A stretch of 64,000 nucleotides of DNA from Octopus vulgaris (GCA_951406725.2 OX597818.1:71920001-71984000), one strand, 5' to 3'; shown: positions 25,878 to 40,192, counted from the stretch's first letter. Notes: generated from the letters alone by a model not told the origin. Translations and numbers: made by a program.

Positions 25878-25910
<33 letters not shown>

Positions 25911-26049
25911 ATTAGATTTGATAAATATCCACATTTATGTAGTATAATGCCTTTACTGATATGTAATGGTGTAATAAAGTATTGATTGGGTATCATCTGA
26001 TAGTTGATGTTTTATTGATTTAAGTATGTTTCTCCATTTTCTAATTTTG

Positions 26050-26093
<44 letters not shown>

Positions 26094-26129
26094 ATTAGAG
26101 ATAAAACCACTATTAGGCAAATCATCGAG

Positions 26130-28650
26130 GGCCTTAAGTTTATCTTCGAAAACAACTTTTTAAATTTTAATAAGAAAACCTACAGACAGGTATCAGGGAC
26201 TGCAATAGATACTAAAGCTGGTCCAACTTATGCAAATCTGGTGATGACCTACCTAGAATTACAAATCTGTGAACAATCCAAATCAAAATACGGCCTGTCT
26301 TTCCACAAATACCTGATGGATGATTGGAAACGCTACTTGGATGCCTACCTCATCTTATGGTCTCACACATTCGACCAGCTGAATGAATTCAAAAATTTAA
26401 TCAACAGTGTCAACAACCATAAACAATTTACAATGGAATATAGTCAAGACCAACTTTCCTTTCAAGACATTCATATTATAAAAAGGCACCAACATTGAAA
26501 CTGATATCCACTACAAACCAACTGATTCCAAACAATACCTCTTGTACACTTCCAATCACCCAAAACATCTAAAGACAAACATCCCCTTCAATCTAGCAAG
26601 AAGAATCTGTACAATCGTCTCAAATTATAGAACACGAAATAAAAGACTCCAAGAACTAAAGGCAATTCTTCTCGAAGGACAGTACCCAGCTTCATTAGTT
26701 GACAATGTAATAGAACGAGCCAAGATAATCGATATCCAAGACTTACGAAAACCGAAACATACACAAGGAACATTAAATAGTCTTCCATATATCTCAGCAC
26801 ACAATCCAAGAAATACAGAAGCTTACGCGATTACATACAAGAACATCCCACTACTGAGTCAAGACCCACGTCTAAAAAAGCACCCGAAATCCATAAAATA
26901 ATAAAAAAGCAAGAGGCAACCCAAATCCCTAAAAAACTTACCAATGCAAAATTACCAAACACCCACCGTCAAAAAATATGTAGCCGGTCTAACTGCAGGA
27001 CTTGCATCCGCCTCATTGAAGGAACAATATACAAATTCCAGTCAGGACACACTTTTGTTGTAAAAAATAACTTTACATGCTCATCAAAAAATTTATTTTA
27101 TGCCATTAGGTATAAAGGGTACCGCAAAGACTACATAGGGCAGACTAGTCTTCCCTCAGAGATAGGATGACAGTCCACTGCCAACAATTGAGGGACCCCC
27201 ACCACAAGACAGATACCACTTAGATCTCTGTGCACAAAACAAGTCCTCCAAATTCCTAGTTTTCCCACTGTACCAATGCCCAGACAGCACCACTGAGCAA
27301 ACACGAATAAATAAGTAAAATATACTTATTCAAAAATACAGACCACAACTCAGCATACTCTAGCATAACCCCCAGGTACACATCCACAACAAACACTCAC
27401 AGAAATACAGATGTACAAACACACGCACAAATACAATGCAAACCTTCCACACAAACACTCACATGCATACACACACACACAAAACGCAATATTGTCACGA
27501 TCGAGCACAAACTTACACCCATTCCAAGAAAACACACTTACATATATACACCTGCAATACTATTCTAGCAATCACAACCAACACCCACATACACACACAC
27601 ATACAAACATACGTAAACACGTATATGGGTACACCTACACACACCGCCCTGACAATTACAAGGCACACTCATACAAACACACCCACACATACACAGATAC
27701 AAACACAAACACGCAAATACAATACAACCCACCCACACACACACGCATATATACACACATAGTACACACACACAAACACAACATGCCCGTTCCCCAGTAT
27801 AAAATCACACTCACGCTCAAAGAAAAAACACACACACACACATATATATATATATACACTATACAATCCCAAACAATTACAACAAACACTCACAGACACA
27901 CACACACATACATACAAATACAAGCACGCACACATATAATAAAACACACCACCCTGACAAATACAAGACACACAGACAGACATTTACAAACGAATCCACA
28001 CATGCAAACGAACCCACACTATACACACACTGTACAAACAATACAAATAAAACACAATAATATACCCAAATATATGCACCACATAGAAAAATAAAATGCA
28101 CTTACACGCGCATTCGCACGTATACACGCACTTCGCCACAACAAATATAGCACACACGCACACCCGAAAACCACATAAACCACACACACAAATGCATACT
28201 CAGTACAAAGACACACAGTACATACACGCACACACATACACACCACCCGGATAAACGTAACACACACGGACACACACAGAAACCCTGACAAATACAACAC
28301 ACTTACACACACATACACACCCACACACATATGCACCCTCACACACACACACACATACGGATGCACACACACACACACCACCGGACAATTATAATACTAC
28401 AAACATACACAGACAGAAACACACCAACAAACCTCACACACGATTTCTAAAAGTAGGAAACATCCATTAACGCACATTACAAGACTGGAGATGAAGGAAG
28501 AAAAGGTTGGTCATTCCCCTAAAATTCTGTATAAATACTTAAATATGATTCTTTCTGTATATATGCTTCTATACAATCATGATTTTTGATGAACTTAAAA
28601 CAATTATAAATTCAATTTACTACCTATTTTGAACATTTTCATCTTATTTA
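26130..28650 (+). mobile_element. Penelope-like element (RT + GIY-YIG endonuclease), 5'-truncated and decayed, with CA-rich 3' region
   Basis: YRQVSGTAIDTKAGPTYANLVM, KRYLDAYLILW, YKPTDSKQYL..SNHP..NIPFNLARRI, and GIY-YIG-like NLFYAI...DYIGQTS near 27090-27150. The 3' boundary is approximate. Confidence 0.9.
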
Positions 28651-28653
28651 AAA

Positions 28654-28797
28654 GTTTGATTCGGTTCCGTGCTCCCTCAAGTTTCACAGGTTCTTAACGA
28701 GAACTAGACTGCTTTAGGCTTCTGGAATGCCGAATGAAGGAGTCGAGCTCCCGTTAGAAGCCTCAGAAACTTGAAGTAACACGGAACCGAACCAAAC
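28654..28797. repeat. Diverged ~145-bp hairpin next to the Penelope 3' end
   Basis: GTTTGATTCGGTTCCGTG..TCAAGTTTC pairs with GAAACTTGA..CACGGAACCGAACCAAAC. Confidence 0.7.
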
Positions 28798-28865
28798 TGT
28801 TTTAAGTAATATATGTAACTCTTACGAAATGTGTTGAGTACTCTTGTCTTTCGTTTGTCCACTCA

Positions 28866-28901
<36 letters not shown>

Positions 28902-28903
<2 letters not shown>

Positions 28904-29013
28904 ACCGTGACCGACCAGACTATCAGATGTTGCTAAACATCGCTGGTCACAATGCGCTTCGCATTGTTTTAGCCTTTAAATGATGCCACCCCGCTGGCTA
29001 AGCGAGCAGGCCA
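28902..29013 (-). mobile_element. SINE family D 3' fragment
   Basis: Reverse complement of about 63737-63850. Confidence 0.85.
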
Positions 29014-29699
29014 ATATATATGTATGTATGTATGTATATATATATACACACATACATACACACATACATACATACATACATACATACATGCATGTATGTA
29101 TAAGTGTGTGCGCGTGCGCGTTCGCGTGTGGTGGAAGTCAGCTGATGACCGGTTTAAAGTCAGGACATATGTGTATATCTCTTCTCCACTGACGACTTGT
29201 GTGACTTATGACCATCTACACTTACGACCACAATGAATAAATAAATAATCGATGTTCGGACGTTAGGCAGCTACGCGCACGATAACTATGGTAGCTTCTG
29301 GCAACGCCTCGGACCCATGTATCCACTGCCTACCACTGTCTCTCACTCAGTCGCTTTCAAGCATCAGATGCATGAATGAAAATAGTGCTGAAAAATACAA
29401 ATCCGACATACGACCTGTCAGTCGGAACGAAACTCGGTCGTAAATCGAGAAGGTGTATATGTATGTATGTAGTTTTGTATACCACGTAGATATACTCATC
29501 AAACCTATTTATGCTTATCTACACCGGAGGCATCGAGCATAGATGGAGGTCGAGGTGGAATTTAAGTTCTCATTTATCCGAGTCCTATTCCAGCATGATT
29601 CACTGTTCTTCACCACGCACGTGAGCACGCGCACACACAGACTGTGTATGTATGTATATCAGAGAATATGGAACCGGAAAAATTACCACAAGTCATTTG

Positions 29700-29845
29700 G
29701 TTTTGTGGGCGATAGTAGTTGTGGTGCTGGTGGTAGAAACTGAATTCCAAAGCATTTCGGATACATGATGGTTGTGGTGGTCGCGGCGGCGATTGTGATG
29801 ATGGCAACAAACAAAGGTACCAGTACCACCACTATCACACCTACA
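29700..29845 (+). repeat. ~140-bp segment duplicated at ~32697-32828
   Basis: TGTGGGCGATAGTAGTTGTGGTG...GGCAAC.AACAAAGGTACCAGTACCACCACTATCACACCTAC at both sites. Confidence 0.85.
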
Positions 29846-29953
29846 ATATATATATATATATACATAATGTAATGCAATGTATGTATGTATGTATGTATGT
29901 ATGTATGTATGTATGTATGTATGTAGGTATATACACATACACACACGCACATA

Positions 29954-30112
29954 AGCGCAGGAGTGGCTGTGTGGTAAGAAGCCTGCTTCTCAACCACATG
30001 GTTCCGGCTTCAGTCCCACTGCATGGCATCTTGGGCAAGTGTCTTCTACTATAGTCTCGGGCTGACCAAAGCCTTGTGAATGGATTTGGTAGACAGAAAC
30101 TCAAAGCCCATC

Positions 30113-30163
<51 letters not shown>

Positions 30164-30385
30164 CATGTGTGTGAGTTTGAGTGTCTGTGTTTGTCCGCCA
30201 CCCCAACATCACTTGACAACCGATGCTGGTGTGTTTACGTCCCTATAACTTAGCGGTTCGGCAAAAAGACTGATAGAATAAGTACTAGGCTTACAAAGAA
30301 TAGGTTCTGGAGGCGATTTGCTCGGCTAAAGGCGTTGCTCCAGCATGGCCACAGTCAAATGGCTGAAACAAATAAAAATAAAAGA
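29954..30385 (+). mobile_element. SINE family A, full length
   Basis: GCGCAGGAGTGGCTGTGTGG head, internal (TG)n, tail ending GAAACAAATAAAA. Confidence 0.9.
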
Positions 30386-30487
30386 ATATATATGTGTGTG
30401 TGTGTGTGTATGTATATATGTGTATATATATATATATGTATATATATGTGTATATATGTATATATATATATATGTGTGTGTGTGAGC

Positions 30488-30526
<39 letters not shown>

Positions 30527-30775
30527 CATACACACACATACACATACACACACGCATATATGCAATCTTGAATCGAATCCAGATCGTAGAATTCCTTAAC
30601 TTTGGACAGTAACACCTGGCAGTCATATTATTAACATAAATCTGTTAGTGACAATATACTTTATTAATAGAGCAAGCGTCATTGTTATTTATTATTATAC
30701 ACTTCACAAGCTGGCCACTGCACGGCGCCACCTACCAAGCACTTCTCTAAATATCTACCTCTACCTTTCATCATT

Positions 30776-33130
30776 TTCTTCTTCTTCTTCTTCTTCTTCT
30801 TCTTCTTCTTCTTCTTCTTCTTCTTCTTCTTCTTCTTCTTCTCCTCCTCCTCCTCCTCCTCCTCCTCCTCACTCTCCACATCCCCCCTCCACCTCCTACA
30901 CATACCTTTATATCTTTATATCCTCCCTTTATCTTTCCCTTCTTCATCTTCTTCTTCTTCTTCTTCTTCTTCTTCTTCTTCTTTTTCTTCTTCTTCTTCT
31001 TCTCCCCTCCTCCACATACCCTCCCCTCCACCTCCTTCGCCACATATCTTTCCTATAGCTTCTTCTTCTTCTTCTTCTTCTTCTTCTTCTTCTTCTTCTT
31101 CTTCTTCTTCTTCTTCACCATCGCCAGCATCATAAATCTCTCCTACTTCACCTTCACCCGCTCCTTATCCATTATTCCTCCCACTCCCTCTACATTTCTA
31201 TTTTTGCCAATAAAAGACAATTAAAAACAAAAAGAAAAAAGAAAAAAGAGAAGAAAATAGAAATCAGCAAGTCGATAAAGACTGGATAGAAGTGCGCGGT
31301 ACGGTAGAGCTGCGTAGGAAGATGACGTCATTATGACGTGACGATGATGTCATCCTGCCTTCGGTGAATTTCCGAACATAAACGGTCCGAGTTGGGAAAA
31401 TAGGGTGTTGTATCCGAACAGTTTGGAGGTCACTGACAAGAAATCGTGATGGTGGTGGTGGTGGTGCCGGTAGTATTGGTGAGAGGGAGTGATTATAGCG
31501 GCGAGAGTGGTAGTGGTGTTGGTGGAGTTAATAGTAGTGGAGCGTCCAATAATGGTGTGTTGGTGCTAGTGGTAGTTGTAGTGGTGGTAGTGTTAACGCT
31601 GCTAGACGTGGTGGTGATGTTTGCACTGACAGTAGTAGTAGTGGTGTTGGTAGTGGTGATGGTGGTAAAGTGTGAGAAGGTGGTACTGTTAGTGGTAATG
31701 GTGGTGGCGTTGGTACATTTGGTGATAGTGGTAGTGACTCGTGGATGTGTTGGTGATAGTGGTAGTGACTCGTGGATGTGTTGGTGATAGTGGTATTGGG
31801 GTGGTGGTTGTCGTGGTGATAGTGTTATTAGCGATAATTGTGGTAGGAACAGTGGTAGCGGAGATGGTGGTATCGATGGTTGTGATGGTGGTTGTAGTGG
31901 TAGTGGTGGTGTTGGCAGTAGTGATGCTGATTATTGTGGGTGCAATTGTTGTAGTAGTGATGATTCTGATGGTGGTGCGGTGATCGTGGTGGCTGAAGTG
32001 GTGGTGTTGGTTGTAGGGAATGTGATAGTTTTAATGGTAGTGGTTGTGGCTGTGTTAGTGGTGGCAGTGGTGTTTGTAGCGGTATAGCAGTTGTGGTGAC
32101 GGTTATGGAGGCAGTGTTAGTAGCGGAGGTTGTATGATGGTCGTGCAAGTGATTGTAGTGACGGAGATAGTGTGATCTCGGTGGTAGTAGTGTTTGTGAA
32201 CTTTTATCTACTACTTTTTGGATTGTGGCTATGCTGGGGAACCGCCTTGAAGAATTTTTGGTCGAATGAATCGACCCCGGTGCTTTCTTTCTGAAGCATG
32301 GTACTTATTCTATCGATCTCTTTGCCGAACGGCCATGTTACGGGGATGTAAACGCGTCAACACCGGTTGTCATGTGGTGGTAGTGGAACAAACACAGACG
32401 CAAAGACACATACGCACGCACGCATGCATTCACACACGCACGCATACAGACACACACACAGACACACACGACAGATTTCTTTCAGTTTCCATCTCCCAAA
32501 TTCATTCACAAGGATTTGGTCGGCCCGAGGCTATAGTAGAAGACACTTGCTCAACGTGCCACATAATGGGAATGAACCTGGAACCATGTAGTTGGGAAGC
32601 AAGCATACCGCACAGCTCCGCCTACGTCTATGGTGATCATTTCTTATAATAATATTGGCAATGGCAGCGGAGGTGGTAGTAAAGACGATTAAGTTGTGTG
32701 GGCGATAGTAGTTGTGGTGGTGCTAGTGGTAGAAACATTTCGGACACATGGTGGTTGTGGTGGTCGCGACGGCGATTGTGATGATGGCAACGAACAAAGG
32801 TACCAGTACCACCACTATCACACCTACCAACACTATCTCACCTACCACCACCACCACCACCACCACCACCACCACTACCATCGCTACCACAACCTTAATC
32901 TCCACAACCACAAGCACCACTATTACCACAGCCTCCACAACCGCAATCACCATAACTAGTATCACTACCATCGTGACCATCGTGACCATACCTATGAGAA
33001 CCTCAACCACTAACACACAACCATCATCATCACGACCACCACGACCATCATGACGACCACCAGCACCACCACCAGCATCATCACCGGTACTAGTACCATC
33101 ACCAACACCACCACCATCAGCACCACCATA
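30776..33130. repeat. Low-complexity block: (CTT)n/(CCT)n, then degenerate (GGT)n, switching to (ACC)n near 32800
   Basis: Directly visible; the poly-S/P/V/T/H ORFs here are artefacts of it. Confidence 0.9.
32200..32624 (-). mobile_element. SINE family A (diverged)
   Basis: Reverse complement of family A head, body and tail. Confidence 0.8.
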
Positions 33131-34729
33131 GGCAACGCAAGAATCAGATATCAATTTTAAGAATAGATATAGATGAGTAGAGGAAGAAAGATAGAAATAT
33201 GACACGATTAGGGTGGAGAGTGGGGAGAGTAAAGCAAATAGATGGAAGAGACAAAAGAATCATATTTAGTTATATTTAAAACAAAGAATGTAAGGCAGGT
33301 ATACTCACACACACACGCACACACACACGCACACACACACGCACACACACACATACACAAACAAACACATACACAGGTTTGGAGTCCTAATTAGGAACCA
33401 AAAGCCACTCTCAAATTTCATTTGCAAAGCTTGTACAGAGAGAAAAATACGGCTAAGTGTAAGGAATTCTCACAAAGGAAAGAGTAAGCCTTCTCAAGAT
33501 TGCCAGTCAACACCATAAAACGTTTCTTACGTACTAACCAATTCCAAGTTCAAGCTCAAAGTAAAGATAGCAAGTTGTGGAACTCTCATTCATTGTTTGC
33601 TACGGGAGAGTCCACTATAAGTATGCTTCAGAACGAAGTATTGTACATACATACATGCATACATACATACATACATACATACATACATACATACATACAT
33701 ACATACATACATACATACATACATACATACATACGAGATACTAGGCTTCTCAAAACTAGAAAGGAGAAAGCTGATTCGAAGACTACAGAGCCAATCCATC
33801 TCTGGGACTGTAGAAATCTATAAAACTTTCCAGAACTCTATCGTTTAAGTATATATGAGCATGTCTAGATATGCAAATATATGCATGAGAATACATACAT
33901 CAAACAAAACATACAAGTCTGCACATATACATACATGCATATTTACATACGTACATGCATACATACAGACATATACACATACATACATACATACATACAT
34001 ACATACATACATACATACATACATACATACATACATACATACATACATACATACATACATACATACATACCCCGTTGAAGCTAAAATTCCTACACGCGCG
34101 TGTTGGTGTGTGTAAAAGTCATAAGTAACACAAATGCGGGTTAAATTATCCAGGAAAGCTTGAATAAGGAAGATTGACCAAAACACGTGCGAGAAACGAT
34201 TATTCTCCGGGTAAAGAATACAATATCGCTCTCGTTTAAGAATCGTAGAGGAATAATTTCATTTCGTTCATGATGAACAAAATTGTTTGTCCGGTCAATG
34301 GGAGATGTTTGAATCTATCTTTGTGAGTGAGTAGATTTCTATTTTTGAGATATGTTTTTTATAAGGTGTATGATAGCTTATTTGTATCTACAAATATAAG
34401 TATTCTCACTCGATAATACAGTTGAATATTTGATATGCTTGTGCTGATAGACCGCTATTCTGTTTACCACTTCACGCGATTTGTACTGTAATTCCCGATG
34501 ATATACATACATGACTACATCCCACAGTATTCCTGTCATAACATACCGGGCGCAGAGATTTATGTCAGAAGAACAGGCTGATAGATATGAAAATGGTCTC
34601 CATCCAACGTAACTCTAGCATAAATTCAGCTCTCAACATCTCCGCTGTCTTAGATAAAAATATAAGAGAAAGACACCTACATAACATATGAGTATAAGCA
34701 ACACTCACACACACATACACACACCCACA

Positions 34730-35760
34730 AGCATACACAAACATGGAAATTGTGACTGTCACCATGGTAACCAAGTATCCGAAGTCAAATTCATACTTAG
34801 ACAAAATTCTAAATTTTCATCTGCTAAAGAAACTTCAAATAAGTAAATCTTATGAAAGAAACAGACAATAGTTAGTGGATATAAAAAAAAAAATTAGCAA
34901 ACTCAGTTAAAGAACAATACAAAATAGAACAAATTCTTATACACACAGACACACATATACATACACCCACAGATGCAAGAAACGCTTAAACATTTTAACA
35001 TATGAACCAAATGCACCTTGGTTTCAGAATATGTAAATACGTCATTAAAATTTTATGCAACAAAACGCAGCATGTACTTGACCTAAACACAAAACCATCG
35101 TAGAATATAGTGCAAAAACACCAGAATGGAAATTTTCCTCATTAAGTTGGAACCAGAATTTAAACCACAAAACATACTTTAAGTACTAACGTGATTTAGA
35201 AATTTCAGTGTGAACATCAAAGTCGTAAACTTTACGACGCACGCTATTACATAGAACATATGGGTACGCCACTTTCTTGTCGGTTGACCATACGTTTACA
35301 AGGAACCATTGCAACTCATAATCACAGCGCACGAATACGAAATAGAATTAATAGAAAAACATTAGTTGACAGCACTACTATACGATATAGAATTTTCACC
35401 CTACAACTTATCCCCACCAAATACGAGATTAAATACGGAAATTGTTTCTATGAGGAAGCTATACTTATAGCAAAATACAAAACAAACAGGATGCAGTGTA
35501 ATTTTAGTAAATAGACCATAAAATCTACTGGGAATTAACTGTTGCGTAGTTTTTAAATTACCGCTGACGACTTACTGCAAAACACCCAAACAACGCCAAA
35601 TATTACAAATATTTTATTCGCGTGATGAAACCCATAAGTTTCTGAACGGTTAATGGACATAAAACGTTATGGTTTCAAAAGAAAAGTGGACGAATATTAA
35701 GGGAATATCAAAATATTATTAATGAAAAGGTGAGGCATGAACATATCCGTCTCTTGAATA
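34730..35760 (+). pseudogene. Decayed PLE 3' remnant (GIY-YIG-like)
   Basis: YYIEHMGTPLSCRL...INRKTLVDSTTI...EEAILIAKYK fits the GIY-YIG C-terminal pattern. A degenerate HHR-like TGATGA-hairpin follows at ~35624-35680. Confidence 0.45.
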
Positions 35761-35821
35761 TAGCATGACAGGAACAAAAAACTATCTGTCTGTCTCTTCG
35801 CCTGCCAGTCTGTCTGTCTGC

Positions 35822-35913
<92 letters not shown>

Positions 35914-35960
35914 TTATTTATCTATCTGTCTATCTGTCTATCTGTCTATCTGTCTATCTG

Positions 35961-35996
<36 letters not shown>

Positions 35997-35998
35997 AG

Positions 35999-37350
35999 TG
36001 GAGAAGAACTGGAACGAGATAACGAGTAGGGTGGTCACTCTCGCCCGGCAATGGGCCGAGAGGAATCTGTCCCTAAAAGGTAAAGCGGAGGTGGCGAACA
36101 CGTACATCGCGTCCGTCATCTACTACCGCCTGACCGTCGTGCCTTGTCCCGACCCTACCATCACCAAACTAGAACGCATTCTCTTTCGCTTCTTGTGGAA
36201 AGGATGCGTACCGATGGTCAGGCGATCCATTTGCTGTCAACACCCGTTAAAAGGAGGACTGGGCATGCCGTGGTTGATGATGCGCAGACACGCGCTTAAA
36301 CTGCGACATTTCAGGCTCTTCGTAGACGACGGTGAACAGGTGTGGTCGCCGTTTGTGAGGCACGCTTTCCCGCAGCTCGTCTCCATGACCGAACTGCAGT
36401 CGTGGATCAAAAAGAGGCCTGGGAGTGCTACCGAGAAGCGCTACCCGTTCGGGATAAGCTCTACAGACACAGCTCGAGAAACACGGGGCCGACCTGCCCG
36501 AGATGCAGTCAGAGCGACGAAACCGTTCTGCATGCACTCGTGCAGTGTCCAACAATTTCCGACCTGTCACGTGTGGGACGAGTCGGTTCATCATCTGAGT
36601 CTATCGTCAATATTGTCACGCCTCCTTCCTTCAAACGGGAAGGATGAGCTATTTTCATCATCCTTGTGGCTATGGCGAAAGAAGGTATCTGGTGGACGTG
36701 TCTGAAAGGATTGGAGACAAACACTTTCCTCTCTGGTCAATCTCTCATCAACTTCTTCAAGTACCACTTGAAAAGGAAAGTGAGAGTAGAGAGGCAAGTT
36801 TTGTCTAGCGAATATTTTAAAAAAAGATGGGTGAATGTAGCAAGGATGGCACGTATGAATGACGAAGCCACCTTGGGTATAATCCTATGAACCCAGAAAT
36901 TGAAAACAGAGGGTTACCCACTTGCAAACAAATGTGGTAACATATAACAATATTGACCAAGGTTACCGTGGTCTTTTTCGTAGGCTTTTCTTCCTACGGA
37001 TAAACCTTACTTGCTTTCCCCTTTACACCATATATCATAACACTGTGATACACGATCCCTATTGATCGTTTTTTTCCCTCTTCCCTTTTTTCCCCCTTTT
37101 TTCTTCTTTTTTCATTTCTCTTTTCTTTTGTTCCTTTTCCTTTTCTTTTTTTATTTTCTATTTTTATTTTTTTATTTTTTATTTTTTTTTGTTCTTTTCT
37201 TCCCTTTTACGATCCCTCTTGATCGAAAACCTACGCCACCCCCTTTTTTTTGTTTCTTTTGTTTTTTTGTTTTTTCATCCCCCAAAAGAAAAGCTCTACC
37301 TTGTAACTTGTCCCATCTGTGTGCAGCCCTGTGTGGCCAATAAAGAAACT
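35999..37350 (+). mobile_element. L1/Tx1-clade LINE 3' part (post-RT region, zinc knuckle, pyrimidine-rich 3' UTR, AATAAA)
   Basis: NLSLKGKAEVAN, HPLKGGLG, CPRCSQSDETVLHALVQCP (CCHC). AATAAA near 37339; (TATC)n on both sides. Confidence 0.9.
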
Positions 37351-37370
37351 TATCTATCTATCTATCTATC

Positions 37371-39886
37371 AATCACCCATACACAACACCATCGGGTCAC
37401 ATCAAAATACTATATATCTCCAGAAATCAGCACCACATACTAAAAGGCATTTTCCCAGTGCGGTTGGTAAATGCCAAAAATACCTCACGAAGAAACTTTA
37501 TTGGGATCTCCTCGAGGACAAAGCAAAGGAGAAGAAAGCAAAAACTTTAGAGCAGTAAGTAACCCTCTGTTCCTTTCGCTTGTATTCTAATTCACTAGGA
37601 TTATGATCAAGATTGGTTATGTAAATGCGCGTGGCTTGGGGTCCTCTTGGAAACAAGGGTACCTTTTAAATGGCATAAAGTCACACAAGTTAGAAATCAT
37701 AGCCATAAGTGAGACCAGACCCCACAATCCGCGGGCCGTAAAGAGCATGTTTGGCGGACAGTTCAACATTTATTTTCCCCCCTGTCTGCCAAGAATGGGC
37801 GGTAGTGGCTTCGCGGTACTTTTTCGCAAGAGTCTGGATCTCAAAGTAAAGACAATATTCGTAGACCCGGAGAGTAGACTGGTCGTCCTGGATGTCGACC
37901 GCAGCAATGGGTGCGCTTTTCGACTCGTATCAGTCTACGCACCGCCTTTAACAGGTCGGGTGGATTTCTTTCAACGTCTAGAAGTACTCTTGGGAACGTC
38001 TCGTCTTTTACTCTTAGTGGAATGCAACCTTGGAAACGCATGTAGACTACGTGGGCAGAGATAGGAATAGACGGGGATGCAAATGCCTCAGAGACCTGCT
38101 CAGACGCTTTCAACTGTCTGACAGGTACCGCCTAGACCACCCGAATGCGCCAACGTGGACATGGAACAACCGCATCGGGTCGTCAAGATCGTGTCTAGAT
38201 AGGATACTGTGTAGGACAGTAGATAGAGATAGCGTAGGATGTCCACAATTCCACATAGCTACATGGATTACAAACTTGTGACATGTACGCTAGACTTAGG
38301 TAAGACACATAGGCAGGGTCCCGGATACTGGAAACTAAACGCTTCTTTCCCATCGAGACAGGTTTTCAGAGACCGGATTAGCACATTAGTAAAGAGGGCT
38401 TTGACGGGAGCCATCATCGACAACAAATGGTGGTTTGCCCTCAAGAGAGCAGTAAAAGCAGAAGCGATTAGGTACAGCAAAGCACTAGCCATAAATAGAA
38501 ACAGAGTAGAGAGTGAGCTAGTTAAGAAGCTAGAAGAGGCAATTAGAAGCGGCATCGCATCCCACGTTTTGGCGGCGAGGTTGGCCCTCGACCAACACTT
38601 CAACGCCAAACACGAAGGGTGTGTTGTCAGAGCTAGGATGCGTGCTCTAAGGAACGGAGGTGTTGGAGCCGCGAGAGAGTGGCAGAGGCGCAACAGGGTA
38701 ACAAAGCCACCATTCGGTCTCTGGTAGATGAACAGGGGCGCGAATTGCTCGAGCCAATTAAAATGTGAGGCCTTTCAACAGCATTTTGCCCGACTGTTCG
38801 GGACGAGTGGCGGGCAAAAACGTAGGGTGGACTTCAGTGCCTACCTACACAGTCTACCACGACTCTCGACAAGAGAGGCAGGGCACTGCGAAGGTGCCAT
38901 CACGACGGCGGAAGTGCAGGACGCGATGCTCGAGGGACAAATCGCCGGGTTTGGATGGTCTACCCTACGAGCTTTACAGTTGTATGGCAGAGTTGTTTGG
39001 AGACGTCTTGGCAGTGGTGTACTGCAACTGGCAGCAAAACGGGAGCATTCCTGGTTTTGTGAGCCGAGGAGCCGTAACACTGCTGAAGAAAGATCTAAAC
39101 AAGGGGAATGTAATAGATAACTTTAGGCCCATCACTCTGCTTAATGCAGACTTGAAAAGTTTGGCCAAGGTGTTAGCCAAGAGGTTGGCGCTTGTCATCG
39201 AGAAACTGGTCGACAAGGCCCTAACGTGCGCCGTGCCGGGCCGGAGCATCCATGACAACCTCCACCTGATGCGCTACATCATAGACAGGGTAGTTAAGGA
39301 ACCTGGCATAGGTGGGGCGCTGATCAATTTAGATCAATCGAAAGCTTTCGATGGGGTAGACCATCGATACTTGGAGCGACTGGTTTCGGTCTCGTCTTTG
39401 TACACAGGCATCGGTTCGGTAATTCGCGTAAATGGACATCTATCAAGACCTTTCGACATCGCACGTTCGGTCTGTCAGAGATGCCCCCTCTCGTCGCTTC
39501 TCTGCGTATTGACTCTCGAGCCATTATTGCGGAAGCTGGCAACTCTGAGGGGCATCCCGCGAGAATTGGGATGCGAGACGAGCGTGTCTGCAAACGCGGA
39601 CGACGTCACCGTCATAGTGTCTAGCCACGATCACGTCGAGCAGGTCGGCGAGACACTGAAAGACTATGAAGCAGTGACAGGAGCGAAAATCAACCGGGAA
39701 GAATCAGTGGGCTTGCGACTCAGCACCTGGAGAAGCAAGCCCATGCCGTCCACCAGCGCCGCCGTCGTGAGACGCTGGACCGACGGTCTGATCGAGTTGC
39801 TTGGAGTCTGGTTTGGTCCAGACCTCCAAATGGAGAAGAACTGGAACGAGATAACGAGTAGGGTGGTCACTCTCGCCCGGCAATGG
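37371..39886 (+). mobile_element. L1/Tx1-clade LINE 5' part (probable ORF1 tail, APE endonuclease, RT), frameshifted
   Basis: IGYVNARGL..ISET, VYAP, LDRI, GPGYWKLN, KSPGLDGLPYE, NFRPITLLNAD, LDQSKAFD, ANADDVT. Confidence 0.92.
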
Positions 39887-39888
39887 CA

Positions 39889-40067
39889 TACGTAGAGTTA
39901 TGTATGTGTGTATGTATATGTACACATATGTGTAAGTATGTATATGTATACATATATATATATATATATATGTGTGTAAGTTTATATGTATGTATCCGTC
40001 TGTATAATAGGTAACTGCACGTATATGTACTTAATATTTATTATTTATAGACCTACCCGGCAACCAG

Positions 40068-40115
<48 letters not shown>

Positions 40116-40192
40116 GTGTGTATGTATATGTATGTGTGTGTGTGTATATATATATATGTGTGTGTGTGTATGTGTGTATATGTATATGTATG

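Noticed and set aside
30648-33205. Mucin-like or His/Val-rich ORFs
   Set aside because: Degenerate trinucleotide repeats open in several frames on both strands, interrupted by a SINE, with no splice or domain evidence.
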